A DNA stretch of 46,961 nt from a virus (taxonomy: Duplodnaviria; Caudoviricetes): the IMG/VR virus record IMGVR_UViG_3300028388_002071, positions 1-46,961 of that record; one strand, written 5' to 3'. Below, in pieces: positions 8,479 to 16,497 of this stretch; the first letter of the stretch is position 1, and each line of letters opens with the position of its first letter. The notes below the pieces were generated by a model. The model made no database searches. It was not told where the DNA came from and saw nothing but the letters and a program-made list of their open reading frames with translations. Position numbers and translations under genes: made by a program.

Positions 8479-8924
8479 GCCGCGGAGTCAACAAAGTCAT
8501 CCTCATCGGCAACCTCGGGGCCGACCCCGAAGTTCGCTACACCCAGAACAGCACCGCCATTGCCAACCTCCGCCTCGCCACCAGCGAGACGTGGAAAGAC
8601 AAAAACACCGGGGAGCAGCAAGAGCGCACCGAGTGGCACCGCGTCGTCTTCTACGGGCGCACCGCCGAGATCGCCCAGGAATACCTCCGCAAGGGCTCCC
8701 GGATCTACGTCGAGGGCAGCCTCCAGACCCGGAAGTGGCAGGACAACAGCGGGAATGACCGCTACACCACCGAGATCAAGGGGCGCGAACTCCAAATGCT
8801 CGGCGACAGGAGCCCGCAGGAGCCAGCAGGAGGCGCAAACGGGGGCAACCCTAGGCCAACCCATAGCCCCCCTCCCCAAAACGCCCCAGAACCCGACTGG
8901 ATCGAAGATGACATCCCGTTCTGA
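8475..8924 (+). CDS. ssb: Single-stranded DNA-binding protein
   Basis: [21 protein letters not shown]...TEWHRVV...DDIPF C-terminus. Confidence 0.97.
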   Translation: MSRGVNKVILIGNLGADPEVRYTQNSTAIANLRLATSETWKDKNTGEQQERTEWHRVVFYGRTAEIAQEYLRKGSRIYVEGSLQTRKWQDNSGNDRYTTEIKGRELQMLGDRSPQEPAGGANGGNPRPTHSPPPQNAPEPDWIEDDIPF

Positions 8925-9408
8925 ATCCGTTTTCTTCACCATCCCGGGGGCGCCCATCGGCAAGGGCCGCCCCCGCTCCCGCATCGCCAAGGGGCGCGAC
9001 GGCAAGTCGTTCGTTAGCCACTACACCCCGAAGGCCACGCGCCAGTGGGAAGACAAGGCCAGCCAGATCGCCCGCGCCGCAATGACGCCCCGGCGCCCAT
9101 TCACCGGGCCCGTGAGCGTCACCCTGACGATCAACATCACCCCGCCCAACTCTTGGCCCCAGTGGCGCAAAACCGCCGCCCTAAACGGCACCGTGCGCCC
9201 GACAAGCAAGCCCGACATTGACAACATCGCCAAGGCCGTGAAAGACGCCCTCAACGGCATCGTCTACGCCGACGACGCCCAGATCGTCCAGACCATCCAG
9301 CGCAAGCAATACGCGCCTTTCCCTGGCATTCACGTTCAAGTCGCGCCCCTACCGGGCGCCCCGGTCCAGGCCCCCAGGAACGAAGTCGATGCTCTGGCGA
9401 CAAGTTGA
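8908..9408 (+). CDS. rusA: RusA-family Holliday junction resolvase
   Basis: [43 protein letters not shown]. Confidence 0.9.
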   Translation: MTSRSESVFFTIPGAPIGKGRPRSRIAKGRDGKSFVSHYTPKATRQWEDKASQIARAAMTPRRPFTGPVSVTLTINITPPNSWPQWRKTAALNGTVRPTSKPDIDNIAKAVKDALNGIVYADDAQIVQTIQRKQYAPFPGIHVQVAPLPGAPVQAPRNEVDALATS

Positions 9409-9607
9409 CAACTACCACCTCGTCAGCGACTGCGGCCGATACAAGGTCAGTCGCGCCAAGGGCCCCGAGGGTCGCTGGATCTACCAAGGCTGGGGCCCGC
9501 GGCACCCGGGCAACTGGGTCAACCTCCTGTGCACCACCGCCGACCGGAAGGCCGCCCAGGCCGCCTGCGAAGCTCACGCCCGGGCTACAAGTAAAAAATC
9601 CGCCTAG
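9389..9607 (+). CDS. Hypothetical protein
   Basis: Overlaps rusA end; small nin-like gene. Confidence 0.6.
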   Translation: MLWRQVDNYHLVSDCGRYKVSRAKGPEGRWIYQGWGPRHPGNWVNLLCTTADRKAAQAACEAHARATSKKSA

Positions 9608-9698
9608 TTCTATACACGTTCTCGCGACGTGAACAGATTTTCCGATGACCGTTGTCAGATAAATCTGAGGAACTTAACCGAAAGGGTTACTCCGCACA

Positions 9699-9727
9699 TT
9701 GACATTAGTCACGCGGTAAACTTTAAT
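9699..9727 (+). promoter_or_regulatory. Near-consensus sigma70 promoter upstream of the modification-terminase-structural operon
   Basis: TTGACA-17-TTTAAT; degenerate operator TAGTCACGCGGTA (9706-9718) in the spacer. Confidence 0.65.
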
Positions 9728-9750
9728 TCGACCATCAACAGGGTGAACCC

Positions 9751-10053
9751 ATGTCAAAAGCGCAGGAAACCGCCGACGCACACCAGGGCGCGCCAGCCGG
9801 CGCGTTCCGCTCGCGCCTGGACGGCGAAGGCACCGAGGCGCCGGAGTGGGCTCCGATAGCGGAGTGGCCCGAATACGAAATAACCCGGAAAGGCGACATC
9901 CGCCGTCGGGCTGCGGCCAGGGGAACCAGACCGGGCCGGGTCATAAAGCAGACCAAAGGAAATCACGGATACAAGGCGCTCGGCGCCAAGTTCGGCGTGC
10001 CTTGGGGAACGATAAGAAACATTGTCACTCGGAGGACGTGGCTGAATGTCTAG
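9751..10053 (+). pseudogene. NUMOD4/HNH homing endonuclease remnant with the HNH core deleted in frame
   Basis: NUMOD4-like EW.PI.....YEIT..G.IR...GRVIK.....GY joined directly to C-terminal HTH-like A.KFGV...TI.NI....TW; no HRLV or H-N-N motifs. Confidence 0.65.
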
Positions 10054-12391
10054 CAAATTTCAAAGCCGGATCACCGGAGAGGGGAACGAGTCGCCAGAAC
10101 AAATCCTGGCTCACCCCTACAACTTCAGGCGTCACCCGAAGGAACAACTCGACGCCCTCGAAGGCTCCCTCGAAGAAATCGGCTGGATACAGCGCGTCAT
10201 CGTCAACCAGCGCACCGGGCACCTGATCGATGGTCACGCCCGGGTCGAACTGGCGATCCGGCGGGACGAACCCGAAGTGCCCGTCGTCTACGTCGACCTC
10301 AGCGAGAACGAGGAAAAGCTCGCCCTCGCCACCCTCGACCCGATCACCGGCCTCGCCTACCACGACGAAGAACAACTCGCCGCCCTGCTGCGCGAGATCG
10401 AAGTCGAGAACGATGCCGTCGCCGAGTTCCTCGACGAACTCAACCCCGACCGCAACGCCGCCGCCCAGGCCGATGCAGAGCAAGTCAAGTCATCCCTCGC
10501 CGAGCAATTCCTCGTCCCGCCCTTCACCATCCTCGACGCCCGCCAAGGCTACTGGAAGGATCGCAAGCGCCTCTGGCTCAGCCTAGGGATCAAGAGCGAG
10601 AAAGGCCGCGGCCAGGACGGGGAAAAGGCCGGCAAGGGCGGCCTCACCTTAAACCTCAGCTCCCAGCCCGGGCACGTCCTCGACCGCAAGCGCGAGCTAG
10701 AAAACCGGGATGGCAAAAGCTACACCTGGGCCGAATTCGCCGAAGCCTACCCCGAGGAACTTACCCTAGCCGGCGATAGCATCTTCGACCCGGTGCTCAC
10801 TGAGGTCAGCTACCGCTGGTTCTGCCCGCCCGGGGGAAAGATCCTCGACCCCTTCGCCGGCGGGAGCGTCCGCGGCATCGTCGCCGCCATGCTCGGGTTC
10901 AGCTACACCGGCATCGACCTCCGCGCCGAGCAGACTACCGCCAACAAGGCGAACTGGCGCGAAATCAGCGGAACCGGGGGCCTCAGAACGCCCCAACAGC
11001 CCGACGACTACATGCCCGACTTCACCCCCGTCGAGCGCCACGCCGACCACCTCGTCAAGCGCGACGACTTGTTTACCGTCGCCGGCGTCCGCGGAGGCAA
11101 GGTCCGCGCCTGCTGGCGCCTCTCCGAAGGCGCCCCGGGCCTCGTCACCGCCGGCAGCCGGCAAAGCCCCCAGGTCAACATCGTCGCCAACATCGCCGCC
11201 CGCCTCGGCGTCCCTTGCCGCGTCCATACCCCGACCGGCAAGCTCTCCCCCGAGGTCAAGGCCGCCCGAGACCAGGGCGCCGAGATCATCCAGCACAAGC
11301 CCGGATACAACAGCGTCATTATTGCCCGGGCCCGCGAAGACGCCGACGCCCACGGATACCGCGAGATCCCCTTCGGCATGGAATGCGAATACGCCGTCCG
11401 GGCAACCGCCGAGCAGGTACAGAACCTCCCATGGGGAGAGTTCGAGCGCATTGTCGTCCCCGTCGGCAGTGGAATGAACCTTGCCGGCATCCTCACCGGG
11501 CTCAAAGCCGAGGGGCGCGATGTGCCCGTCCTCGGCGTACAGGTGGGGGCCGACCCGACCAAGCGCCTCAACCAATACGCCCCCGAGGGCTGGCGCTCGC
11601 AAGTGACCCTGGTCAAGTCAAAGCTCGACTACCACGACCACGCCCCCAAGACACGCCTCGGCGACCTCCAGCTTGATCCCGTGTACGAGGCCAAGTGCCT
11701 CCCGTTCCTAAAACCCGGGGACCTGCTCTGGTGCGTCGGCATACGCCAGACCGAAATCACCGAGGAACAAGACCTCGGCGGACTCCGCTGGCTCACCGGC
11801 GACAGCCGCAACCTCGACACCCTGCTCGACGACGAACAAGCCGACCTCGTTTTTTCGTGCCCGCCCTACGCTGACCTTGAGGTCTACAGCGACAACCCGG
11901 CCGACATCAGCAACATGGGCTACGACGAGTTCCTCGAAGCCTACCGGGAGATCATCGCCAAAGCCTGCGCGCGCCTGCGCGAGAACCGATTTGCCGTGTT
12001 CGTCGTCGGCGACGTGCGCGACAAGGCCGGCTTCTACCGCAACTTCGTCAGCGACACGATCCAAGCTTTCGAGGACGCCGGCCTCCGGTATTACAACGAA
12101 GCGATCTTCGTCACCCCGACCGGCAGCCTCGCCATGCGCGCCGGCAATTTTTTCCGCGCCAGCCGCAAGCTCGGCAAAGCCCACCAGAACGTCCTCGTCT
12201 TCGCCAAGGGCAGCCCGACCGCCGACGACCCCGAGCAGGCCCTCGCCAACTACCTCGCCGCATGGTTCGGCGAGCACCGCCAGCTACTGCAAGCGCACGA
12301 AAAGCTGCTTGTCTTCGCTAAAGGTGACCCAAAGCTCGCCACCCAGGACGCCGGCACCGCCCTCATCGACGAACCGGAGTTCGTCGAGTGA
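10046..12391 (+). CDS. ParB-like domain + amino-DNA methyltransferase interrupted by a PLP-dependent fold-type-II (ACC deaminase/D-Cys desulfhydrase-like) domain
   Basis: ParB: HP.N.R.H, LIDGHAR; SAM motif I ILDPFAGG (aa ~266); PLP domain TPVE..VKRDDL...GGKVR, VPVGSG..LAG, LDPVYEAK (aa ~326-567); catalytic SCPPY (aa ~604). Confidence 0.85.
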   Translation: MSSKFQSRITGEGNESPEQILAHPYNFRRHPKEQLDALEGSLEEIGWIQRVIVNQRTGHLIDGHARVELAIRRDEPEVPVVYVDLSENEEKLALATLDPITGLAYHDEEQLAALLREIEVENDAVAEFLDELNPDRNAAAQADAEQVKSSLAEQFLVPPFTILDARQGYWKDRKRLWLSLGIKSEKGRGQDGEKAGKGGLTLNLSSQPGHVLDRKRELENRDGKSYTWAEFAEAYPEELTLAGDSIFDPVLTEVSYRWFCPPGGKILDPFAGGSVRGIVAAMLGFSYTGIDLRAEQTTANKANWREISGTGGLRTPQQPDDYMPDFTPVERHADHLVKRDDLFTVAGVRGGKVRACWRLSEGAPGLVTAGSRQSPQVNIVANIAARLGVPCRVHTPTGKLSPEVKAARDQGAEIIQHKPGYNSVIIARAREDADAHGYREIPFGMECEYAVRATAEQVQNLPWGEFERIVVPVGSGMNLAGILTGLKAEGRDVPVLGVQVGADPTKRLNQYAPEGWRSQVTLVKSKLDYHDHAPKTRLGDLQLDPVYEAKCLPFLKPGDLLWCVGIRQTEITEEQDLGGLRWLTGDSRNLDTLLDDEQADLVFSCPPYADLEVYSDNPADISNMGYDEFLEAYREIIAKACARLRENRFAVFVVGDVRDKAGFYRNFVSDTIQAFEDAGLRYYNEAIFVTPTGSLAMRAGNFFRASRKLGKAHQNVLVFAKGSPTADDPEQALANYLAAWFGEHRQLLQAHEKLLVFAKGDPKLATQDAGTALIDEPEFVE

Positions 12392-12813
12392 CCTTCTCCA
12401 CCGACAAGCTCACCGTCGGCGAGTCCGATATCCACGGGCTCGGATGCTTCGCCGCAACCCACATCAGCCCCGGGGAGGTCATCGGGTTTTTCGACGGGTT
12501 CTGGTATCTCTGCCCAATGGGGCCGGTCAAGCCGATCTACCCCGACAACGTCGACAGCCGCTTCTGCATCGACGTGACAACCTTCAAGTTAGGCCCCCGG
12601 ACATTCGCCGTCATCCTAGACCCCCTCGACGGCAGCGAAGGCACCCCACTCGACCGCATCAACCACTCCGACGAACCGAACTGCACCGCGAGAGGCCTCG
12701 CTGTCATCGCCGCGGGGCCGATTCGCCGCGGAACAGAACTGACGATCAACTATGACGACCTCAACTGCACCCCCCTGGTGCTCGGAGGCAGCAAAGGAGC
12801 CGTATATGGGTAG
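12388..12813 (+). CDS. SET-domain methyltransferase
   Basis: S.IHGLGCFA, RINHSDEPNC, I.RGTELTINY; GTGA overlap with the upstream gene. Confidence 0.85.
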   Translation: MTFSTDKLTVGESDIHGLGCFAATHISPGEVIGFFDGFWYLCPMGPVKPIYPDNVDSRFCIDVTTFKLGPRTFAVILDPLDGSEGTPLDRINHSDEPNCTARGLAVIAAGPIRRGTELTINYDDLNCTPLVLGGSKGAVYG

Positions 12814-13243
12814 GTCAGCAACCGGCGGCGAAAAGCTGAACAAGGCCGAAACAAAGAAGCAAGCGGTGATGCTTCGCAAGTCCGGGCGCACCCACCGGCA
12901 GATCGCCGCCCAGCTAAACAAGTCACCGGGCTGGATCTGCAAGCTGCTGAAAGAGGCGGTCGAGGACTACAACAAGGAAACCGCCGCCGAGGTCGAGGAA
13001 CTCCGCGCCTGGGAAGGCCAGCGCCTCGACCAAATGCTCCAGGGCATCTGGCCCCAGGTCATCAACGGGCACCTGGGCGCCATCGACCGCGCCCTCCGCG
13101 TCATACAGGAACGTGCGCGGCTCTATGGGCTCTATGCACCCTCCAAGGTCGCCCCAACCAACCCCGACGGCAGCGCAGAGTTCGGTGGCGGCCTCGCCGC
13201 CCTGCTCCGCGGATACGAGAGCGATGGCGGCAACAGCCATTGA
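12806..13243 (+). CDS. Terminase small subunit (HTH)
   Basis: LRKSGRTHRQIAAQL HTH, AIDRAL...ERARLYGL.AP; AAGGAG RBS; directly before terL. Confidence 0.75.
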   Translation: MGRSATGGEKLNKAETKKQAVMLRKSGRTHRQIAAQLNKSPGWICKLLKEAVEDYNKETAAEVEELRAWEGQRLDQMLQGIWPQVINGHLGAIDRALRVIQERARLYGLYAPSKVAPTNPDGSAEFGGGLAALLRGYESDGGNSH

Positions 13244-14750
13244 CGTGTCCGGGCGCATTGAAGAACAGCGCCAAGCCTACGTCGAACTCCGGCGGCACTG
13301 GCGCGTGGACCCCGAGCGGTATGCCTTCGAGCGCCTCGGACTCCGCGCCACCCACCAGCAACGCGACATATTCAAAGCCATAGCCAGCGAAGGCGCCAAG
13401 GTCAGCGTCCGCTCAGGCCACGGCACCGGCAAGAGCGGCGCCTGCGCCGCGTCTGTGCTTTGGTTCATGGAAACTCGGGACTTCGCCAAGGTGCCGTGCA
13501 CCGCGCCCACCAGCGCCCAGCTACGCGACGTGCTCTGGGCCGAAATCGGCAAGTGGATCCGCGCCGCCGACGCGAAGGCCGCCCGGGAAGGCATACCCAT
13601 GTCGTTCTGGCTCTCGCGCCTGTTCCGACTCACAAGTGATCGCCTCTACGACCCGAGCGCCCGGACGGAATGGTTCGCCGTCGCCCGGACCAGCAGTCGC
13701 GACAACCCGGACGCCCTCCAGGGGTTCCACGCCTCCGACGTGCAAATCAGCGAAGACGGCACCGAGGCAATCCACGCCGACGAAGACAACGCCGGCAGCA
13801 TCATGTTCGTCATCGACGAGGCCAGCGGCGTATTGGATCAGGTCTACGAGGTCGCCGAGGGCGCGCTCAGTTCCCCCGGCAGCCGCCTCCTGATGACAGG
13901 GAACACGACCAAGGCGACAGGCTATTTCGCCATGTCCCACATGAGGAACCGGGCCGAATACACCACCATCCACCTCCGCAGTTCCGAAAGCCCCCTCGTT
14001 GATCCCAGCTACCGCGCCTCCCTGGTTCGCAAGTGGGGCGAGGGGTCGAACGTCGTGCGTGTGCGCGCGGACGGCGATTTCCCCCTGCATGACGACGACG
14101 TGCTGATCGCCTTCGATTGGTGCGAGTCAGCCATCAGCCGCCAGCCCTACCGGGGTGAGAACGCCGAGATCCGCGTCAGCGTCGATCCCGCGAGATTCGG
14201 CGACGACCGCACCGTCCTCTGCGTCCGCCAGGGCCGCAACGTCCTTCACATGGAGGCACACGCGAAACAGGACACCATGGAAACCGTCGGCCAAGCCCTG
14301 GCCCTCCGCGAAAAGTACAGCGCCGCGGGCATCTGGGTCGGGGTCGCCGGCTTCGCAGGCATAGCCGACCGCCTGAAAGAGTTAGGTGAGCACGTCGTGG
14401 AGGTCGTCGAAGGCGCAGGGGCCCCGCGTAAGCGGAAGGACGACGAGTTCCAGCCCTGCCTCATCCGCGACGCCATGTGGGTCGAGGGGCAGCGGTGGCT
14501 AAGGGACGAAGAACCCAGCTTCGCCGCCCTCGACACCGACATGGCCGACGACCTCGCCGGCGAACTCTCCGCCGTCAAGTTCAGCTTCGACAGCAGTGGC
14601 CGGCTCAAGGTCGAGTCGAAGGACGAGATCAAAAAGCCCAAGCGCCTCGGCCGAAGCCCGGACCTCGCCGACGCCCTGCTAATCGGCCTCATGCCCGACC
14701 GCAGCGCGAAGAAATACGCCACCGCGGGCGAGCGCTTATTCCCAAGATGA
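13224..14750 (+). CDS. terL: Terminase large subunit
   Basis: Walker A SGHGTGKS, Walker B MFVIDEA, nuclease VDPARFGDD, RSPDLADAL. Confidence 0.95.
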   Translation: MAATAIDVSGRIEEQRQAYVELRRHWRVDPERYAFERLGLRATHQQRDIFKAIASEGAKVSVRSGHGTGKSGACAASVLWFMETRDFAKVPCTAPTSAQLRDVLWAEIGKWIRAADAKAAREGIPMSFWLSRLFRLTSDRLYDPSARTEWFAVARTSSRDNPDALQGFHASDVQISEDGTEAIHADEDNAGSIMFVIDEASGVLDQVYEVAEGALSSPGSRLLMTGNTTKATGYFAMSHMRNRAEYTTIHLRSSESPLVDPSYRASLVRKWGEGSNVVRVRADGDFPLHDDDVLIAFDWCESAISRQPYRGENAEIRVSVDPARFGDDRTVLCVRQGRNVLHMEAHAKQDTMETVGQALALREKYSAAGIWVGVAGFAGIADRLKELGEHVVEVVEGAGAPRKRKDDEFQPCLIRDAMWVEGQRWLRDEEPSFAALDTDMADDLAGELSAVKFSFDSSGRLKVESKDEIKKPKRLGRSPDLADALLIGLMPDRSAKKYATAGERLFPR

Positions 14751-14974
14751 GGAACGGAACCATGACCCCGCCGACGCTCCCCGAAAAGCCGCTGTTCCAC
14801 GTTACCGAGGCCGTCTGGATCCTGGCCCCCTACCTCGGCCGGTCCTACGCCGCCGTCGAGAGGCAAATCTACCGCGGCATCGAAGCAGGCCAGATCCAGG
14901 CCCGCATCCACCTAGGCCGCAAAATGCTCAAGCGCGAAGAACTGATCCGCATAATCGAAGGAGAACCCGCATGA
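14747..14974 (+). CDS. Small excisionase-like HTH protein
   Basis: V.EA..IL......V.RQIY..I..G.I.A...G....REEL pattern; ATGA coupling on both sides. Confidence 0.6.
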   Translation: MRNGTMTPPTLPEKPLFHVTEAVWILAPYLGRSYAAVERQIYRGIEAGQIQARIHLGRKMLKREELIRIIEGEPA

Positions 14975-16497
14975 AGTTTCCACGCCTGCTGCCCCGTTTC
15001 GGGTTCTTGGCGCCGCCGCCCCCCGAAGGCAAAAAGCCCACCACCCGCCAGCTTTTCGACGATACCGCCATCGAACAAATGGTCGAGGCTCTCACCGCGA
15101 TCCCCGACCCCGACGAGGTGCTCGACAACGCGGGACTCACCCGCGCCGACCTCCGAAAGATGGAGTACGACGACGAGATCGCCGCAGCCCTGGAAACTCG
15201 CCTCGCCGTCGTCCTAGGCACCCCCTGGCGCCTGGAACCGGGCGAAGGCCAAGAGGTCGATTTCATCTGGGGAGAGATAGAGCCCGTCATGGAGTCCCTA
15301 ATAACCGCGGCATGGTACGCCGTCCCCTACGGGTATAGCGTTGCAGAGGTCATCTACCGCCGCACTGAGGAAGGCCGCATCGGCATCGACCGCGTTGAAG
15401 AACGCCCATTCGAGTGGTTCTCCCCCAGGCCCACCGGCGAGCTTCGCTACTTCCCCGTGGACGGCGGCATTGAAATTGACGTGGACACCCGGTTCAAGTT
15501 CCTGCTGACCCGCCGGCGCTCGACTTACCGCAACCCCTACGGTCAAGCACTGCTCTCCCGCCTCTACGCGCCGTTCTTCCTCCGGCAGGCCGGTTGGCGG
15601 TTTTGGCCTCAGTTCCTTGAGCGGTTCGGCGCCCCCCTGCTGGTCGGCAAGACCACCGGCGACACCAGTGCCCTCGCCAGCGCCCTCACCCAGGCCCTCC
15701 AAAGCGCCGTCGTCGCCGTGGACAGCGAGGACGACGTCGCCGCAGTCGCCAGCACCGGCGACGGGGCCGCCTTCGAGCGGTTTGAAACGGCCGTGACGAA
15801 GCGAATCCAGAAAGTGATCCTGGGGCAGACCCTGACCACCGATGTGGGCAATGTGGGTAGTTATGCCGCCGCCCTGGTGCAAGACGGTGTAAGAACAGAC
15901 CGGAGAAACGCCGATCTCCGCATGGTCACCCGCACCGTGCAGCGCTTGGTCAACGCCATAACCGAACTCAACTGGCCCGGAGCCGAGCCCCCGGAGTTCG
16001 TCATGGAGGACGAAACAGGCCTGCAAACCGAGCGCGCCGAGCGCGACGCGAAACTGGTGCAGTCTGGAGTCGTCAAACTCACCGAAGACTACCTGCTCCG
16101 AGCCTACGATTTCGAGGTCGGCGACTTCGAGCTCCCGCAGCAGCAACCCACCTCCCCTGCGCTGCCCCAGCGCGAGCAAGAGGTCGCCGCCTCGTCCTAT
16201 TTCGCCCGCCCGCCGCATTACCTGTTCGCCAAGGGCGCGCAAGACCGATTCACGCCCGAGCAGGAAGCCGTAGAACAGCTTGCAGACGGCGTTCTAGCCG
16301 AAGCCCCTAGCCCTATATCCCCTGCCGCCCTTGCGCGCGCCGTGCGCGAAGCCAGGAGCCCCGAGGAGCTCGCCTCGGCCCTTGCCGCGGTCTACCGCGG
16401 GAACCAGCCCGATGAATTCCGCGCGATCTTAGAACGGGCCCTGTTCGCCGCCGACCTGATGGGCTATGTCCACAGCGAGGAAACGAATGGCGAATAA
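14971..16497 (+). CDS. Portal protein (Mu gp29/DUF935-like)
   Basis: A.PYGYSV.E, NPYG.ALL, W..FLERFG.P..VGK, I.K.ILGQTLT, GSYA. Confidence 0.9.
   Translation: MKFPRLLPRFGFLAPPPPEGKKPTTRQLFDDTAIEQMVEALTAIPDPDEVLDNAGLTRADLRKMEYDDEIAAALETRLAVVLGTPWRLEPGEGQEVDFIWGEIEPVMESLITAAWYAVPYGYSVAEVIYRRTEEGRIGIDRVEERPFEWFSPRPTGELRYFPVDGGIEIDVDTRFKFLLTRRRSTYRNPYGQALLSRLYAPFFLRQAGWRFWPQFLERFGAPLLVGKTTGDTSALASALTQALQSAVVAVDSEDDVAAVASTGDGAAFERFETAVTKRIQKVILGQTLTTDVGNVGSYAAALVQDGVRTDRRNADLRMVTRTVQRLVNAITELNWPGAEPPEFVMEDETGLQTERAERDAKLVQSGVVKLTEDYLLRAYDFEVGDFELPQQQPTSPALPQREQEVAASSYFARPPHYLFAKGAQDRFTPEQEAVEQLADGVLAEAPSPISPAALARAVREARSPEELASALAAVYRGNQPDEFRAILERALFAADLMGYVHSEETNGE

Noticed and set aside
11021-11746. 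Insert in the methyltransferase as an intein
   Set aside because: No Cys/Ser start block, no His-Asn end, no LAGLIDADG; it carries PLP-enzyme motifs instead
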